In this document: positions 25,826-35,041 of the stretch, piece after piece
How the letters are laid out: the number at the start of each line of letters is the position of its first letter
Position numbering within the stretch: the first letter of the stretch is position 1
IMG/VR virus record: IMGVR_UViG_3300035492_000309
Location: 1 to 64,000 of that record
DNA from: a virus
Direction: 5' to 3' (one strand)
DNA: 64,000 nucleotides
Translations under genes and position numbers: made by a program
The notes under the pieces: model-generated
Told to the model about the DNA's origin: nothing
Database searches by the model: none
What the model saw: only the letters and a program-made list of their open reading frames with translations

Positions 25826-28072
25826 ATGTCGCCTCAAATCCAAGCACTCAAGCTCAAGCTTACAGGGTTGTTGACATCGATTTCTGAGCAAATTGCCAGC
25901 AAGCTCGATGCGACAGCCCCGGCGGTCAGTGCGTATAAGCTGACCAACCCCTTTAACCTGATCGTCACCGGCGATGCCACCGGCACCCAATCGGTATCGG
26001 GCGATACCAACGTCTCGATCGCGCTGACCCTGGCCAACACCGCGGTGGCTCCCGGTGTATACCCTAAAGTGACAGTGGACTCTAAAGGCCGCATCACCAA
26101 AGGTGAACTGCTGCTTGCTGCGGATATTCCGGCGCTGGATGCATCCAAAGTCACCACCGGTGCCTTCCACGTTGATCGGATTCCGGCCCTACCGACCAGT
26201 AAGGTCACTGGTCTGGATACCGCCCTTAATAGCAAGCTTAATGCGGCGCTGTATACTGCTGCTGACGTATTGGCTAAGTTGATCACCGTCGACGGTGCAG
26301 GATCGGGTATCGATGCGGACGCACTCGATGGTAAGCAACTGGCGACTATCGAAAGTGAGTACAAGGCATTTTGCAACGCCGCCATTGCTGCGCTGGTCGA
26401 CTCCTCCCCAGAGGCGCTGAACACACTCAATGAGTTGGCCACAGCACTGGGCAACGATCCGAACTTTGCCACCACCATCGCTACTCAACTGGGCACTAAA
26501 GTCAACGATGACGATGTCCGGTTGACCAACAGTCGTGAATGGACAGCCAGCACCATCACACAAGCCGAAGCCGAAGCCGGTATTGCGACGACTCGCCGTG
26601 CCTTTACTGCACAACGGGTCCGGCAAGCCATCGTGGCCTGGTGGATTGCCAGTGCCGAGAAAGCCAAATTGGACGGCATTGCCACCGGCGCTACCGCTAA
26701 CGCAACCGATGCTCAGTTGCGCGATCGTGCTACCCACACCGGGACTCAAGCCATCGATACAGTCAGTGGTTTGCAGACCGAGCTCGACGCCAAGGTGAAT
26801 CTGACCGATAGTCGTTTGACCGACGCGCGGGAATGGACTGGTGTAACCGTCGCTCAAGCCGAAGCCGAAGCAGGGACAGCAACCACTCGCCGAGCATGGA
26901 CAGCTCAGCGTGTTCGCCAAGCGATTGTAGCATGGTGGGCCGGGTCTGCTGACAAGACCAAACTTGACGGTATCCAGGCAGGCGCACAGGTTAACGTTGC
27001 CACTAACCTCAGCTATACTGCCGCCGCCAGCAACGGTACCGTAGCCAGTTCTACAGGCAGTAACGCCACTTTGCCGGCAGCCACTACAGCAGCGGCCGGC
27101 TTGATGACCGCCGCCGACAAGACCAAGCTCGATGGATTGAGCAATGTCGGTGGTACGGACCTTGGTTATACCTCATCAGCAAATGCCGGTACTGTGACCA
27201 GTTCCACAGGTGCCAACGCAACCCTACCTGCCGCTACGGCAGCAGCAGCAGGTTTGTTGACGGCATCTGACAAGAGTAAGCTGGATGGTATTCAACCCGG
27301 TGCTCAGGCCAACGTTGCCACTAACCTTACGTGGTCAGCTACTGCTACTGGCGGCACGGTCGCCAGTTCTACTGGCGGTAACGCAGCCTTGACCGCTGCG
27401 ACAACTGCTTTGGCTGGGCTGATGACCGCCGCTGACAAGAGTAAGCTCAATGACATAGACGCAGGCGCTACCGCCAACTCGGCCGATGCCACCCTGCTCA
27501 ACCGCGCTAATCATACCGGCTCGCAAGCAATCTCGACCATCACTAACCTGCAGGCATCACTGGATGCCAAGTTCAACAGCACAGGCGGCACTGTCAGTGG
27601 TGTTACCACCTTCAGCAATACCGGCAATGCGACCAGCGCGACCAGCGGCGCTGTGCGTGTTTCAGGTGGTCTGGGTGTTGTTCTGGATATCTATGCAGGC
27701 GGTAACATCACAGCCTACTCAGACCTTAGCTTGAAGACTGACATCCAGGTCATCAGCGATGCGCTGAGCCGTATCCGTCGTTCGCGTGGTGTGACCTTTA
27801 CACGTAAGGACACCGGTCAGGTCCAAGCTGGTTTCATCGCCCAGGAGATGTACAAAATCCTTCCAGAGGTTGTGGTAGGTGTACCGGGCTCCGGCAAGAT
27901 GGGTATCTGCTACGGCAATATCACGGCATTACTGGCAGAAGGCGTCAAGGAACTTGACGGGATTGTGATCGCACAGGGTGAGCGTATCGTTTCGCTGGAA
28001 GCCCAGGTCACATCCTTGAGTCAACGTATCGATGAACTTCAGGCTCTGTTCGAAGAGCTGGTTGCCAAATAA
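25826..28072 (+). CDS. long tail fibre with C-terminal intramolecular chaperone (peptidase S74-like) domain
   Basis: GVYPKVTVDSKGRITKG, PEALNTLNELATALGNDPNFA, repeated AGLMTAADK(T/S)KLDGI, and C-terminal SDLSLKTDI...GVTFTRKD...GFIAQE. Confidence 0.85.
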   Translation: MSPQIQALKLKLTGLLTSISEQIASKLDATAPAVSAYKLTNPFNLIVTGDATGTQSVSGDTNVSIALTLANTAVAPGVYPKVTVDSKGRITKGELLLAADIPALDASKVTTGAFHVDRIPALPTSKVTGLDTALNSKLNAALYTAADVLAKLITVDGAGSGIDADALDGKQLATIESEYKAFCNAAIAALVDSSPEALNTLNELATALGNDPNFATTIATQLGTKVNDDDVRLTNSREWTASTITQAEAEAGIATTRRAFTAQRVRQAIVAWWIASAEKAKLDGIATGATANATDAQLRDRATHTGTQAIDTVSGLQTELDAKVNLTDSRLTDAREWTGVTVAQAEAEAGTATTRRAWTAQRVRQAIVAWWAGSADKTKLDGIQAGAQVNVATNLSYTAAASNGTVASSTGSNATLPAATTAAAGLMTAADKTKLDGLSNVGGTDLGYTSSANAGTVTSSTGANATLPAATAAAAGLLTASDKSKLDGIQPGAQANVATNLTWSATATGGTVASSTGGNAALTAATTALAGLMTAADKSKLNDIDAGATANSADATLLNRANHTGSQAISTITNLQASLDAKFNSTGGTVSGVTTFSNTGNATSATSGAVRVSGGLGVVLDIYAGGNITAYSDLSLKTDIQVISDALSRIRRSRGVTFTRKDTGQVQAGFIAQEMYKILPEVVVGVPGSGKMGICYGNITALLAEGVKELDGIVIAQGERIVSLEAQVTSLSQRIDELQALFEELVAK
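26534..26644 (+). repeat. intragenic repeat unit 1 (REWT..QAEAEAG.ATTRRA.TAQRVRQAIVAWW)
   Basis: About 110-nt imperfect direct repeat of 26828-26938. Confidence 0.8.
26828..26938 (+). repeat. intragenic repeat unit 2
   Basis: Pairs with 26534-26644; shared strings include caagccgaagccgaagc and actcgccg. Confidence 0.8.
27719..28069 (+). other. S74-type auto-cleaving chaperone domain of the fibre
   Basis: YSDLSLKT (Ser-Lys dyad context), then a coiled-coil LEAQVTSLSQRIDELQALFEELV at the very C-terminus. Confidence 0.6.
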
Positions 28073-28098
28073 CCCAATTCGTTTAAGGTAACACGAAC

Positions 28099-28587
28099 AT
28101 GTCAATCCCCTCGATGGATTTCAAGTACAACAAGCAAGCAGCGATTGGTGACACCTGGAAACGGGCTTCGTCGATCATCATCTACAACGACTATGGTCAG
28201 GTTCCACGCGTGATGTTCGCTGAAGAACAGATCGTGGAAGTCGATGGTGGGATCTTCCGGCGCCCGGCGGGTGAGTTGATGATGGTCATCGACAACAGCA
28301 ACCTGTTCGAAGAGTTCGAGGTACTTAACCCCGACGGCACGCCCTCCGGACAGATGGCCAGTGTGGCTCAATTGGCAGCACTTCTCACTTCTTCGTACGT
28401 GCATTTTGCCGACAAGCGCGATGAGGAAGTTCGTCGTCTGCAAGAGTTGCTCGAACAGGAAGAAGAGCCTCCCGTCGAACCTGAACCCACCCCAGAAACA
28501 GACCCCGTGACTGAAGAGCCTGTAGTCGAAGAGCCGGTCACTGATCCGGCTCCAGTGGATGACAGTGGGTCGTCTGAAACAATCTAA
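28099..28587 (+). CDS. hypothetical protein with acidic Pro/Glu-rich tail
   Basis: C-terminus EEEPPVEPEPTPETDPVTEEPVVEEPVTDPAP. Confidence 0.7.
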   Translation: MSIPSMDFKYNKQAAIGDTWKRASSIIIYNDYGQVPRVMFAEEQIVEVDGGIFRRPAGELMMVIDNSNLFEEFEVLNPDGTPSGQMASVAQLAALLTSSYVHFADKRDEEVRRLQELLEQEEEPPVEPEPTPETDPVTEEPVVEEPVTDPAPVDDSGSSETI

Positions 28588-28596
28588 AGACGACAT

Positions 28597-28626
28597 AGAG
28601 GAGGGGATCGCCCCTCCTCTTTATTC
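28597..28626 (+). terminator. hairpin
   Basis: AGAGGAGGGG-ATCG-CCCCTCCTCT followed by TTATTC. Confidence 0.6.
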
Positions 28627-28651
28627 AGGATAGATATTCTCGGAGAATAAC

Positions 28652-29245
28652 ATGGCACTGCCATCATCAGGTCCTATTTCGTTAGCGAATGTCAGGTCGG
28701 AACTCGGCCTTTCAGGCCCTATCAGCCTTGGTCAGAGTAACGTGAGATCACTGGCAGGTCTAAGCTCGGGTGCTATCTCCCTAGCATCTCTGCGTGGTAA
28801 GTCCGCAGCACCAGTCGTACCCGGCATCGTGTCGTTTAGTCTTTATGCATCGAATTACACTGACGGTTCCGTCCTCAATACAGGTTTCTCAAATGGCGTT
28901 TATGGGTCAGTGAGCCCTGGAAGTGTTCTTGGTGCAGCCATCTTGCAAGTGAGGCTCTACCGTTTAACGAATACGGACGGCTCCTATGCATACATGATCT
29001 ACTTTCAACTTAATACCCCTGGCAATACCCAGACGGCGGCTGTACGAGGGATAAATATTGGCGGGATTACCATTGCCGGGTATGTAACTCGCGACCAAGA
29101 TATTAAAGGCGCCAATCTAAATACGTGTAGTTTTAAATCTACTAACGCGGCAGGTTGGATGGGTGGTGTGGTTCTGACCGTGTCCCAGTGGCAAACGATC
29201 TACAACGCTATCCTCAACAAGACAACCACAGTCACATTGGTCTGA
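28652..29245 (+). CDS. putative virion/fibre protein with N-terminal ISL..(V/L)R repeats
   Basis: GPISLANVRSELGLSGPISLGQSNVRSLAGLSSGAISLASLRGKS; lower GC by eye. Confidence 0.5.
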   Translation: MALPSSGPISLANVRSELGLSGPISLGQSNVRSLAGLSSGAISLASLRGKSAAPVVPGIVSFSLYASNYTDGSVLNTGFSNGVYGSVSPGSVLGAAILQVRLYRLTNTDGSYAYMIYFQLNTPGNTQTAAVRGINIGGITIAGYVTRDQDIKGANLNTCSFKSTNAAGWMGGVVLTVSQWQTIYNAILNKTTTVTLV

Positions 29246-29267
29246 CCATTTAAAAAAGGTATTGCAT

Positions 29268-29495
29268 ATGCTTAGGGTAGTCACTATCCGATCATCAAGC
29301 GCTGTCGTTCGTGATGATATCGGCGAATCAAAGATCGATTTTCTACCACTTGATCTCGGTGGACTGTCGGTGAAAGAAGCATTTGTTTTGGGTATGGCTT
29401 ATTCACTTCTCAAGAACAGAGGTCTCCCTATTGAGGAGACACCCCCATCAGTCCCGACACTCATAGACCGTCACCCTGACAGTGAGGAGATCTGA
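29268..29495 (+). CDS. hypothetical small protein
   Basis: ORF opens at TTG 29262; ATG at 29268. Confidence 0.5.
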   Translation: MLRVVTIRSSSAVVRDDIGESKIDFLPLDLGGLSVKEAFVLGMAYSLLKNRGLPIEETPPSVPTLIDRHPDSEEI

Positions 29496-29497
29496 CC

Positions 29498-30127
29498 ATG
29501 GAATTTCTACCTAAGGGTTGGGAAGTGCGCGTCCTGCCCAAATTCAAAGTCTACGAACTGAGCCTGAATAAAGATCAGTACGTGGTCTTGGCTATCGATG
29601 TCCCGCCGGAGTTTCGTTTCGAAGGCAAAGAGATTGGAGTCAACACCTATCGGGCCAATGCTATCGTGCGTGGCGCAGTGAAGTTTGTTTCGGCTACATT
29701 GCCTGACTTCGAACGGCGGCGCGGTGATACCACCCTTGATGCTCGCTTAACTGTCAAGGGTGAGTACCGGGTACAGGGCAGTGAGGATGACAGTAAGTTT
29801 GTTTGTATCATGGCCAACGACCCACTGGAGAAACTCTACGGTGCTCGTAACGTAGCTTTGGCGCCCGGCGAAGAAGTGACCTTCGATTTCTCTGAACTTG
29901 AACGCAATGTGTTCATTATCGAAGGGAGTGTGGACATTGGACTGACCACTCATTCAGCGTTCAAACACCTCAAGCTAACCAAACCCCAAGAATACACATT
30001 CATCAACAACAGTGAAGAAAATGCCTTCTTGGTGTATATGTATGAAGTGACGAAGGAGGAGGTCAAGTCCCTCTATCCTGAAGTGTCACCTGAGGCCATG
30101 GCCAGCGTACAAATTCTACAGGGGTGA
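29498..30127 (+). CDS. hypothetical protein, possibly a cupin-like beta-barrel
   Basis: Beta-rich sequence; starts 2 nt after the upstream stop; its stop overlaps the RBS of the next gene. Confidence 0.6.
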   Translation: MEFLPKGWEVRVLPKFKVYELSLNKDQYVVLAIDVPPEFRFEGKEIGVNTYRANAIVRGAVKFVSATLPDFERRRGDTTLDARLTVKGEYRVQGSEDDSKFVCIMANDPLEKLYGARNVALAPGEEVTFDFSELERNVFIIEGSVDIGLTTHSAFKHLKLTKPQEYTFINNSEENAFLVYMYEVTKEEVKSLYPEVSPEAMASVQILQG

Positions 30128-30135
30128 GGAGCTAC

Positions 30136-30933
30136 ATGAACATGTTCAAACCAACCAACACCAACATGGTCTGGGGGAACCGGATCATCATGACGTCGGC
30201 GGCAGTTGCGCCGATCGTTGCGTTCTTTCAGTTCAATCCAGTTCTGGTGATAGCAGCGCTCGTGCTGTGGCAAGTCCTGAACGTAGTAGGCATCAGCGTC
30301 GGAGTCCACCGGTACTATTCGCACAAGGCCTTTGAGACCCATCGGTTCTGGCAGTGGGTGATGTCGTACTGTGCCATGGTCTCACTGGTCGGGCCGCCCT
30401 GCATCTGGGCTGACACCCACATGACCCACCACCGCAAGGCGGATACGCCAGAAGACCCTTATCGTAAATTGCAGCTGACCGGTGAATCACCGTTCGACCA
30501 CAAGACCACTGTCAGCAAGCGCTTTCTGCTGAGCATGATCTCACGTGATCCGCTGCATCAACTGACGATCAAGTACTACTGGCTCTACGTGGCATCCTAC
30601 GTCGTGGGCATGACTGCGCTGGGTATGTTGGCAGGTTTGAACGCGTTCGAGGCTGTCTTCTGGCTATGGATGGTGCCGGCAGGTATGTCCCAACTGACCC
30701 TGCGTTTCGTCCTCTGGACTGGTCACGTCAAGGGGCTGGGTTATCAGACCTACGACAATGGCGACCTCAGCAACAACTGGTGGTTCGCTTCTCTGATCGC
30801 AGGTGGCGAAGGCTGGCACAACAACCACCACAAACGTCCCAAGCGCGCTAAGCTGGGCGAGAAGTGGTGGGAGTTCGATCCAGGTTACTGGTTCATCTGC
30901 CTGATTCGTTCCAAGAAGACTGAGGCTGCGTAA
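30136..30933 (+). CDS. membrane fatty-acid desaturase, Delta9 (acyl-CoA/acyl-lipid) type, copy 1
   Basis: Three His boxes in the canonical order and context: GVHRYYSHKAF, THMTHHRKADTPEDPY, GEGWHNNHHKRP. Hydrophobic helices flank them. GAGGAG RBS. Confidence 0.8.
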   Translation: MNMFKPTNTNMVWGNRIIMTSAAVAPIVAFFQFNPVLVIAALVLWQVLNVVGISVGVHRYYSHKAFETHRFWQWVMSYCAMVSLVGPPCIWADTHMTHHRKADTPEDPYRKLQLTGESPFDHKTTVSKRFLLSMISRDPLHQLTIKYYWLYVASYVVGMTALGMLAGLNAFEAVFWLWMVPAGMSQLTLRFVLWTGHVKGLGYQTYDNGDLSNNWWFASLIAGGEGWHNNHHKRPKRAKLGEKWWEFDPGYWFICLIRSKKTEAA

Positions 30934-31676
30934 TGCGCCTGCTCCAGTCTGACCACCGACAGGCTGCGGCGATGACCATCCTTGCGATGGTCATCTCTGT
31001 CGGGGCGCTTTTTATGCCGAACGCATGGTGGCTCTTAGGTTCGTTCTGCATGTTCCAGGTATACTGGATTGCAGGACTCTCGGCCGGGAACCATCGATAC
31101 TTCACTCATCGCTCATTTGAGACCACGCCGTTTTGGCGTGAGTTTATGATCTGGGCGACCTGCACCAGTTTATCTGGCCATCCCGGATTCTACGCGATCA
31201 TTCATCTGGAGCATCACCTGAAGTCCGATACGCCAGAAGACCCGCACCACTATTACGCTCAAAGCGGCATGGTGTCGTTTAAGAACATCAACGTCAAGAT
31301 GACTCCGGGCATGAAACGGCGCTTCATTTCCGACCCGATCATGATGCGCACCTACCGGTACTACTTCGCGTATTCGTTCGCAGCCATTGCCCTGCTGTCG
31401 TTGATCTCACTGGAAGCGCTCATTTACCTGTGGGCCCTGCCAGTGGTGGCGATGCAGTTTGCCCGCAAATACGTGACCATCAAATGGATTCACGAGTTCG
31501 GTTACGTGTCTTACGAGACAGGTGAGGGCTCGAAGAACTCCAAGCTACTGGGCTGGCTATTCGGTGGCGAGGGACTGCACAACAACCACCACAAGTTCCC
31601 TAACCGGTGGAACTTTGCCATCAAGAAGTGGGAAGTCGATCCCACCTCCTGGTTTGTGAGGATGATCAAGAAATGA
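30933..31676 (+). CDS. membrane fatty-acid desaturase, Delta9 type, copy 2
   Basis: GNHRYFTHRSF, HLEHHLKSDTPEDPH, GEGLHNNHHKFP. TAATG overlap with copy 1. Confidence 0.8.
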   Translation: MRLLQSDHRQAAAMTILAMVISVGALFMPNAWWLLGSFCMFQVYWIAGLSAGNHRYFTHRSFETTPFWREFMIWATCTSLSGHPGFYAIIHLEHHLKSDTPEDPHHYYAQSGMVSFKNINVKMTPGMKRRFISDPIMMRTYRYYFAYSFAAIALLSLISLEALIYLWALPVVAMQFARKYVTIKWIHEFGYVSYETGEGSKNSKLLGWLFGGEGLHNNHHKFPNRWNFAIKKWEVDPTSWFVRMIKK

Positions 31677-32596
31677 GACTGAACCCGATGCAACGGGCCT
31701 TCTCAGGCCACGGTAAACAGATGACCTACGGGGCATTGTTTATCCCGCAGTTCGATTGTCCGTCACATGTCCTGATGGAGGCGGCAAATGAGATCGCTCA
31801 GCAGATCCCGTTCATGCGTGCTGACTGGAAGGATGGCAAGGTGGAGCTGGCAGAACGGTTGGTACTGCTGACCGGCCATCCACGGGATCACCTTGATCAC
31901 CCTAGCTGCTTTAAGGTGATCGAGTGTGACGACGGCTACTGGATGTCCTTTACCCATGAGTTCCTTGATGGCTGGAGTTACAGTCGTCTGACTCAGGAAA
32001 TCTTCAGGGTAGCCGCTGGAGGCGAACTCGGTGTTTATGAGACGCCTTCGACTGTGCCTAAGATTGTACCGAACAGCTTGTTCAACCCACGGGAATTCAC
32101 CTTTGAAGGCATCGAGGGTGAGGCTGAGACTCACACTGTCTTTATCAGTGACAATTACTTAAAGCGCGCTAAAGCGGCTGGCATGCGTGTACAGGACTTC
32201 TTGGCTCAGGCGGCATGCGAGGCCTTGGGAAATCCGAACATCATCACCAGCAAGATTCTGGAAGGGTTTGAGCACTGTTATGGGCACTACTCTCTATACG
32301 GTTCCGGATCGCTTAAGAACGGTCGTTTTTCTCTGGACTGCAGTCATGAAAACCTGACTCGGTTGATGATCGCCCATGGTCAGAGCGAGACCACCGGTAA
32401 TTGTTTCGTGGGTTCGTCGCCGATGGGCATGACCAACTACGAGACCCCACAGATCTTTCAGATGTTGAAGAAAAATCAGATGGGTCGAGTGCAGGCGGTG
32501 TCTATGAATGGACAACATCGGGTGCGTATTGCACTCAATCAAGCTATTCAAGACAAAGATAAAGTCATCGACTCTATCCTTCAGGCATTTGCCTAG
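31673..32596 (+). CDS. HxxxDG acyltransferase-like (condensation / CAT-superfamily-like) protein
   Basis: ATGA overlap with desaturase 2. N-terminus LNPMQRAF and SFTHEFLDGWSYSRL resemble the start and HHxxxDG catalytic motif of condensation / WS-DGAT / PapA5-type acyltransferases. Confidence 0.4.
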   Translation: MRLNPMQRAFSGHGKQMTYGALFIPQFDCPSHVLMEAANEIAQQIPFMRADWKDGKVELAERLVLLTGHPRDHLDHPSCFKVIECDDGYWMSFTHEFLDGWSYSRLTQEIFRVAAGGELGVYETPSTVPKIVPNSLFNPREFTFEGIEGEAETHTVFISDNYLKRAKAAGMRVQDFLAQAACEALGNPNIITSKILEGFEHCYGHYSLYGSGSLKNGRFSLDCSHENLTRLMIAHGQSETTGNCFVGSSPMGMTNYETPQIFQMLKKNQMGRVQAVSMNGQHRVRIALNQAIQDKDKVIDSILQAFA

Positions 32597-32597
32597 T

Positions 32598-32634
32598 CGA
32601 CATATAGGGCGGGGTAATCCCGCCCTATATGTCG
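32598..32634 (+). terminator. 16-bp perfect hairpin ending in TATGTCG
   Basis: CGACATATAGGGCGGG-GTAAT-CCCGCCCTATATGTCG. Confidence 0.55.
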
Positions 32635-32677
32635 CGTGACCAATCCTACGTAACCCGTTAAACTCACTCAGGGATAA

Positions 32678-32962
32678 AGGAACTCCAATGAATTTGTTCG
32701 CCTGATTCTGCCACTGCTGGCTGGAGTGCAGAGCGGGCAGGTAGGTGATGATTGGGCCAACTTCTCGTACGCAGATTTGGGAATGGTTGACTCAGGTGCA
32801 CGTACAGTCATCCAAGAAGCGTCAATAGAAAAAGACTCTACTGGTGAGTGGTGGCGCTGGTATATGGGTCGGTCATTGGCACACGACTATGTTTACTACA
32901 CGTCCATGTCGGCTCGAGAGCCCGGTTACGGCTGGCGTCCGGTATTGGAGCTGGTCGAATAA
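32678..32962 (+). pseudogene. possible remnant or short member of the WRPVLEL fibre-module family
   Basis: Ends ...EPGYGWRPVLELVE like the three genes at 34059-36860. No in-frame ATG (GTG at 32726). An RBS-preceded ATG at 32688 is out of frame and stops after 5 codons. Confidence 0.3.
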
Positions 32963-33022
32963 CCTGACAGAGCCACCAATCCTATGAGACTGGATATTCC
33001 GCCTCATGCGAGGATTTGACTC

Positions 33023-33460
33023 ATGTTTGAGCTTTCGCTTCCTCAGTACACCGACACCTTGGGAATCGGGAAGTTCTCCCATTTCGACACCCGTGAACTC
33101 AAGCGTCGCCTGTATCTGATGCTCGATGATTTTACCTACCATGATGAAGTCTTCGGACCCATCACGGTCAAGAAAGGCTTCGAGACCAACTACGCCAGTC
33201 TGGATGCATTGCGCAATCTGTTCCTGTTTCCGCTCTACGCACTGTTGGCGGATTACGGGGATAAAGCTGCTACCATCCATGACTGGTTGTACAGCGGCAA
33301 CCCGGTCACACTCGCCGATGGCACGACCCGTGTCCTGACGCGTGAAGAAGCCGATGCCGTGTTCTATCGTGCTTTGCGAGATGAAGGTATTGCTCGCTGG
33401 CGCGCTGCGATTTTCTATGCCGGTGTTCGCATCGGTGGTGAAAGTCATTTCAAGGGGTAA
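33023..33460 (+). CDS. DUF1353-family protein
   Basis: FETNYAS...ATIHDWLY...TREEADAVFYRALRDEG...IFYAGVRIGG fits the DUF1353 pattern. Confidence 0.55.
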   Translation: MFELSLPQYTDTLGIGKFSHFDTRELKRRLYLMLDDFTYHDEVFGPITVKKGFETNYASLDALRNLFLFPLYALLADYGDKAATIHDWLYSGNPVTLADGTTRVLTREEADAVFYRALRDEGIARWRAAIFYAGVRIGGESHFKG

Positions 33461-33488
33461 CCCGTTTTATCTACACTGAGAGATCGAC

Positions 33489-34001
33489 ATGCAAGAAGCT
33501 CAAATGCAGGCGCTGTTGGCATCCCTTGCCAATTATAGCGGTAAAGTTAAAACCGCCATTGAAAATGGCGATGCGGCGGCGGTTGCCGAAATCGACCGAC
33601 TGATCGTCGAGCTGAAACAATCCTACGACGCTGAAAATGTCGAGATGGGTCTGTACAGCGGTGGCGACATCGGTGTGGCCATCACCGAGCGTTACGTGGA
33701 TCTGGCCGATGCGGCCGTGATCGATTGCTGGGTGGCGAACCATTTCGGCAAGGTCGTCTCGGCCCCGGTAGCCTTCAGCCTTGAGCGCGTACCGGATGCC
33801 GGCCGTGCCTACACCTTCACCCTGCGCCTGACCAACGGCGGTGCGCACGCCATCACCTGGTGGCCGAACATCTTCTGGTCGGATGGTACCAAACCAGAAC
33901 TGTCGGCAGCCGGTCGTGACACCCTGGCGTTCAGCACTGTCGATGGCGGCGCTACCTGGGATGGCTACTTGCTCGGCAAGGGCATGGTGCAGGTCGTTTA
34001 A
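33489..34001 (+). CDS. putative fibre/baseplate-associated protein
   Basis: C-terminus ITWWPNIFWSDGTKPELSAAGRDTLAFSTVDGGATWDG resembles C-terminal domains of phage fibre proteins. Confidence 0.45.
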   Translation: MQEAQMQALLASLANYSGKVKTAIENGDAAAVAEIDRLIVELKQSYDAENVEMGLYSGGDIGVAITERYVDLADAAVIDCWVANHFGKVVSAPVAFSLERVPDAGRAYTFTLRLTNGGAHAITWWPNIFWSDGTKPELSAAGRDTLAFSTVDGGATWDGYLLGKGMVQVV

Positions 34002-34011
34002 CCTTGGTTGA

Positions 34012-34040
34012 GGCCTGTGGGGTATCCCATAGGCCTTTAT
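34012..34040 (+). terminator. hairpin
   Basis: AGGCCTGTGGG-TAT-CCCATAGGCCT (one G-U pair) followed by TTATT. Confidence 0.5.
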
Positions 34041-34058
34041 TACCTGAGAGGTAACCCT

Positions 34059-35030
34059 ATGCTCTATGCACTTATGATGGCTGCTTCACGCCGTCGACAG
34101 GGGTTTAACCCGTTTCGATATACAGGTCCCGGCCCCGATCAACTGATCGCAGGAACTGTCGAGGCCGGTTACTTCGGAGAGGTGGCAGATAAAGACCTGA
34201 TTACCACTGCCGCCCTGTCACAATTGGTTGGAATGAACTCAGGTACTCTCACTGCGAACAATAGCACGTGGCTGAAGTTCATGCACAACCGCAAAACACT
34301 GTTCGTACCGAAGCTACCTGCTCGCTACGCAGTGTCTTGGGACATGTTGTACGAGGCGGGTCTGGTCTATGGTATCGATGGTCCTGGCCCATACGTCGGT
34401 TCAAACGGCCCTGTGAACCAAAACAAGGTCATTGTCATTGGCGGTAACGCGTTTGTTGTTCGCTTGATGAAAGGCGGTGATGTCAACCCGGCGACTAAGC
34501 CAGGCGGTGAATTCAATGACCTGATGCTTAAGTTGTGGGTGTCTGACCCGACTGGCGGCAATTGGGATAATCAGGAAGCGGCAGCCCTGGGTTTGAGCGG
34601 CACTGGCGGACTGAACTGGATGCAAGAAAGTCCGGCATCTAACGTAAATGCCGTTGGTGGATTCCGCATCTTTCGAAGCGGTCAAACTCAACTGACCGAC
34701 GTCTCCGCGTCCTCTGTCAGCTCAGCATCCGGGTCATTCGGCTGGCGTCCAGTACTGGAACTAATTCCAAACGATCTCTATACGTTCGCTATTGAGAAAG
34801 TAGAGTCGCTAGGCGGAACACCTACTCTGTTTGCTCCGGCAGGGTTGGAAGGGACTGGCATCGAAACGCTTGTAGCGATGCGGACCATTACCCCACAAGC
34901 GGATTCTCCATTGATTGTTGGTGACATTCAAGGTCAGCCATTCGAATCTGCTTTAGCACCGCGTCTCGTCATTGGCGGTGCTAACGAACCCCTGGTTTCA
35001 ATCGCCGATATCCAAGGCATCACTGTTTGA
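34059..35030 (+). CDS. WRPVLEL-family receptor-binding-like protein, copy 1
   Basis: GYFGEV...W.KF..N.KTLFVP...SWDMLYEAGLVYG...VRLMKGG...WRPVLELIP. ATG 34059 follows GAGAGG. Confidence 0.6.
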   Translation: MLYALMMAASRRRQGFNPFRYTGPGPDQLIAGTVEAGYFGEVADKDLITTAALSQLVGMNSGTLTANNSTWLKFMHNRKTLFVPKLPARYAVSWDMLYEAGLVYGIDGPGPYVGSNGPVNQNKVIVIGGNAFVVRLMKGGDVNPATKPGGEFNDLMLKLWVSDPTGGNWDNQEAAALGLSGTGGLNWMQESPASNVNAVGGFRIFRSGQTQLTDVSASSVSSASGSFGWRPVLELIPNDLYTFAIEKVESLGGTPTLFAPAGLEGTGIETLVAMRTITPQADSPLIVGDIQGQPFESALAPRLVIGGANEPLVSIADIQGITV

Positions 35031-35041
35031 GGTAGTTTCTG

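Noticed and set aside
24181-26920. Minus-strand ORFs 24181-24924, 25730-26170, 25834-26478 and 26189-26920 opposite the fibre genes
   Set aside because: The codon-repeat structure of the Ala/Thr/Gly-rich fibre genes keeps the antisense frames open. Fibre motifs are found only on the plus strand.
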